Of a stretch of DNA of 17,812 bases, positions 15,224-17,812 are shown one piece after another; positions within the stretch are counted from its first letter, which is position 1; every line of letters starts with the position of its first letter. The position numbers were made by a program, and so were the translations under genes. Below the pieces are notes generated by a model, which searched no databases, was not told where the DNA came from, and was given only the letters and a program-made list of their open reading frames with translations. Origin of the DNA: Candidatus Asbonarchaeum danakilense (GTDB lineage: Archaea; Nanohalarchaeota; Nanosalinia; Nanosalinales; Nanoanaerosalinaceae); the NCBI GenBank assembly GCA_034190465.1, contig JAXINV010000064.1, forward strand, positions 6,440 through 24,251. Reading direction: 5' to 3'.

Positions 15224-16034
15224 TGAAGATACCCTCTTCGTCGAGTCGTCCGATGGCGTTTTCCGTCCAGACCGTCAGCCGGCCGACGTCCGTCCCTGGC
15301 GCGAGCAGCGCTGCGTTGAGCTGATCGACCTGGACAACGTCGACACCGGGCAGGTTCCGGGCTGCCTGCTGGATGCCGTCGTCCTCGCCGACGACGATCA
15401 GCGGACCGCGGCTCCTGCGGTACTTCCGACCTCGTGACTTCCCGCGGCCGGCCCTGACGGACGCCTCACGGCACCGTTCCAGGTCGGCCTCGAGCCCGAG
15501 GTTGACGAGGACCTCACGGACCTCGCTGGTCTTCTCCAGCCCCTCGAGCTTGTCGTCGACGATGATCGGGAGTTCGAGGTCTTCGTCGAACTCGTGGCCG
15601 CGTTCCCGGACCTTCGTCGGGTCGGCGGTCGCGGCGATGGCTGCACGGATGGCCTTGCGCCGTTCCTTGTCATTGATATCCTTGGTGAAGTCCTTCTCTG
15701 CCTTCGGCGGATGCGCCTTGCGGCCGCTGACTGTCTGCGGTGCCTCGCCACCGGGACCGCTCATCTGCATCCCGCGTCGGAAGGTGATCTTCCGCGGTGT
15801 GCGGGAGGACGGGTAGCTTTTGCCCCGCCGGGAGCGGTAGGCGCGGTTACGCTGCTTCCACTCGGTCACGTGCTTGAGGCCTGCCCGCCTGTCTGCGCCG
15901 TAGGGCTGCCGCTGCTTGGACTGTGTGGACTCCACGGCGCGCTTGATGATGTCCTGTCTGACGCGTTCCGTGAACTGTACAGGGAGGCCGATCTCGCCTC
16001 CGTCGTCGCCGGTGGTGTCGTGTACTGTTGCCAT
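15216..16034 (-). CDS. rpl4: 50S ribosomal protein uL4
   Basis: GRKAHPPK, INDKERRKA, RAGRGKSRGRKY, LLAPG..GRLTVWT. Confidence 0.97.
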   Translation of the reverse strand: MATVHDTTGDDGGEIGLPVQFTERVRQDIIKRAVESTQSKQRQPYGADRRAGLKHVTEWKQRNRAYRSRRGKSYPSSRTPRKITFRRGMQMSGPGGEAPQTVSGRKAHPPKAEKDFTKDINDKERRKAIRAAIAATADPTKVRERGHEFDEDLELPIIVDDKLEGLEKTSEVREVLVNLGLEADLERCREASVRAGRGKSRGRKYRRSRGPLIVVGEDDGIQQAARNLPGVDVVQVDQLNAALLAPGTDVGRLTVWTENAIGRLDEEGIFNG

Positions 16035-16039
16035 CGCTC

Positions 16040-17008
16040 TTACCTCTCAATGTGCGTTATTTCGGGGTTTGACGGGTATCCGTCCTTCCGGACTGCGCCC
16101 CTTAACATTATTAACCTTTGCGAGGGGCCGGGGACGGAGCCTTTGACGAGGATGTAGTCGTTCCTGATCTCCCCGTAGTTCGTGAAGCCGCCCTCAGGGT
16201 TGATATCCTCCGGTTCGCCGCCGATCTGGAGCAGACGCTTGTTCTGCTCCGTCCTGCGGACGTTGCCGGACTGACCGGCCTGCGGTGCCCGCCACGAGGT
16301 GTGGTCGGGATGCCACGGGCCGAGGTTGCCGGCTTTCCGCGAGATCTTCTGTGCCTTGCGGCCGAGCGGCTTGACGCCGTGTCGCTCGACGGGGCCTTCG
16401 ATACCTTTGCCCTTCGTGATGCCGATGACGTCGAGGTACTGGCCGTCCTCGAAGACATCGGAGATGCTGACCTCGCCGCCGAGCTTGTCCTGTGCGTATT
16501 CATACTGGTCCTCGACGCTGCCGCCGACCGGGAGTTCGAAGACCTCCGGCTTCTTCTTGTTGTTCGTGGTCTCGCCCGGTGTGGCGTGAACGAGGAGCTT
16601 GATATCTGTCAGGTCGTCGAGGTGCTCTTCCGCCTCCTCGAGATTGTGATCGTGGTCGTCCGGCGTGTTGATGGCTCGTTCGAGGTCGTTGTCCAAGTCA
16701 TCGGCGAGGATGTCGGTGAAGACCTCCTTGCCGTCCAGTCCTTCCTGGTAGAGGCGGACGCCGTGGACCTTGAGTGGCGGGCATTCGAGTACTGTTACCG
16801 CGTCAGCGACTTCCTGTCCCTTGGATGTGGAGTTCTGCCTGTCTTCGATGCGCAGGACGCGTGTCATGCCTGCCTTGTACGCTGCGAATCCTAGCGGTTT
16901 TGCTTCTCCTTCGTCCTTGACGGTGTCAAGTGTCGGGTAGGGCCGCTGTGCTCGTTTCTGGGGTTTGTACCCCAGTGAACCTCGTCGTGGATGTCTTTTT
17001 CTTGCCAT
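16040..17008 (-). CDS. rpl3: 50S ribosomal protein uL3
   Basis: PRRGSLG, YKAGMT, TKGKG..GPV, GPWHP, KGSVPGP. ATG at 17008 has a GAGGTG SD. Confidence 0.98.
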   Translation of the reverse strand: MARKRHPRRGSLGYKPQKRAQRPYPTLDTVKDEGEAKPLGFAAYKAGMTRVLRIEDRQNSTSKGQEVADAVTVLECPPLKVHGVRLYQEGLDGKEVFTDILADDLDNDLERAINTPDDHDHNLEEAEEHLDDLTDIKLLVHATPGETTNNKKKPEVFELPVGGSVEDQYEYAQDKLGGEVSISDVFEDGQYLDVIGITKGKGIEGPVERHGVKPLGRKAQKISRKAGNLGPWHPDHTSWRAPQAGQSGNVRRTEQNKRLLQIGGEPEDINPEGGFTNYGEIRNDYILVKGSVPGPSQRLIMLRGAVRKDGYPSNPEITHIER

Positions 17009-17118
17009 TCGTCGCACCTCGTGGGGGCAGCGTGGAGGATACGCTCCTCTGGTTGCCCTGGTTTCAGTCCTGACAGAGGCCTCGCATGAGGCGTGTACGC
17101 CCAGAATCCTGGACGTAC
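17009..17118 (-). promoter_or_regulatory. Structured 5' leader of the S10-spc operon (candidate r-protein autoregulatory RNA)
   Basis: Hairpins at 17095-17118, 17079-17092 and 17029-17045, and a CCTCTG/CAGAGG stem (17046-17079), between the TATA box and the rpl3 SD. Confidence 0.6.
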
Positions 17119-17136
17119 CGGGGGATGGTATGGCAA

Positions 17137-17144
17137 CTTTTAAA
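17137..17144 (-). promoter_or_regulatory. Main operon TATA box
   Basis: TTTAAAAG directly upstream of the structured leader. Confidence 0.7.
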
Positions 17145-17150
17145 TAGGTG

Positions 17151-17190
17151 TCTCACCCCTTGCGGTCGTCGCCACAAGGGGGTGTTGAGA
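17151..17190 (-). terminator. Stem-loop just after the Lrp gene (possible 3'-end structure)
   Basis: TCTCA-CCCCTTG ... CAAGGGG-GTGT-TGAGA inverted repeat about 10 nt past the stop; no clear oligo-T tail. Confidence 0.35.
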
Positions 17191-17199
17191 AGTAGGCGG

Positions 17200-17667
17200 T
17201 CAGTTGTTCTCCATGTCGGGGACCGGTGATGCGGTCTCCTCCTTGTAGGTGTCCATGATGATCTGCGTGCTGGCGTTCTTGACGAGGTCGTTGTGGGTAT
17301 CGAGCAGGTCGTCCTTGACGAACTCCGACATGTCGTTTTTGTCCTCGAACTTGCCGATGATAAGGATGTCTGTCTTGCCGGTGACGCGGTACATGGACGC
17401 GATGTTGGGGTGGTCTTCCAGCCGCTCCCGTAGCTCCGACCGTTCGCCGTGGAGCTTGAGCTCGATCTTGGCGGAGAGGTCGTAGCCGATCTTGTCGTGG
17501 TCGAGTTTGATTGTGTAGTTCTTGATGACGCCCTCGTCCTTCATGCGATTGATGCGGTTGGTCACTGTAACTGGGGTGGTGTCGATGGAATCCGCTATCT
17601 CTCTGTAGGGCTTTCTGCCGTCTTCTGACAGGTGTGTCAGGATCTTTCTGTCTAGTTCGTCGAGCAT
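17200..17667 (-). CDS. Lrp/AsnC family transcriptional regulator
   Basis: LDELDRKIL..L..DGR.PYREIA HTH, GVIKNY, RAM domain YRVTGKTD. ATG at 17667 has a GGAGG SD. Confidence 0.95.
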   Translation of the reverse strand: MLDELDRKILTHLSEDGRKPYREIADSIDTTPVTVTNRINRMKDEGVIKNYTIKLDHDKIGYDLSAKIELKLHGERSELRERLEDHPNIASMYRVTGKTDILIIGKFEDKNDMSEFVKDDLLDTHNDLVKNASTQIIMDTYKEETASPVPDMENN

Positions 17668-17687
17668 CGTTCGCTGCCTCCACATCC

Positions 17688-17742
17688 TTTACAAATAAAA
17701 GATATAATTTGTTAATCCTTTATATATTTGTAATTTTTATAT
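17688..17742 (-). promoter_or_regulatory. AT-rich promoter/operator region of the Lrp gene
   Basis: TATATAAAG on the minus strand; 9-bp inverted repeat TTACAAATA (17689-17697) / TATTTGTAA (17725-17733). Confidence 0.6.
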
Positions 17743-17812
17743 GGTTTTCGGGTCGAAGATTAACCTTCGTGGCGGCCTACGCCTCTGACATGTGTGGTTT
17801 ATTACAAGGAGA

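Noticed and set aside
17157..17166. 10-bp inverted match (CCCTTGCGGT) to 298-307
   Set aside because: Too short to link the two hairpins without a genome-wide search.
1243..17683. Many plus-strand and alternative-frame ORFs over the operon
   Set aside because: Shadow ORFs expected from high GC3 codon bias; the conserved genes explain the sequence.

Overview
Archaeal window dominated by a minus-strand S10-spc ribosomal superoperon. In transcription order: Lrp/AsnC regulator, structured leader, uL3, uL4, uL23, uL2, uS19, uL22, uS3, uL29, aIF1/SUI1, Rpp29, uS17, uL14, uL24, eS4, uL5, uS14, uS8, uL6, eL32, a small Zn-ribbon ORF missed by the ORF track, eL19, uL18, uS5, uL30, uL15, SecY, DUF106/EMC3-like protein, Cbf5 and a NUDIX hydrolase. 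A plus-strand lipoprotein converges on the NUDIX gene, and an intron-containing tRNA-Ser(UGA) lies at the left edge. Acidic proteins and DPANN-style r-protein features suggest a Nanohaloarchaeota-like halophile (inference). Most unusual signals: (1) two tandem three-way-junction palindromic units upstream of the tRNA, each starting with a tRNA-5'-end-like sequence; (2) a related palindrome inserted in frame in the uL2 gene; (3) a 58-aa CPxC..CPxC protein between eL32 and eL19; (4) a uORF with alternative RNA folds between uL2 and uS19; (5) internal TATA boxes at identical spacing; (6) no adk or cmk in the secY block. All calls come from reading the sequence by eye; no searches were run.
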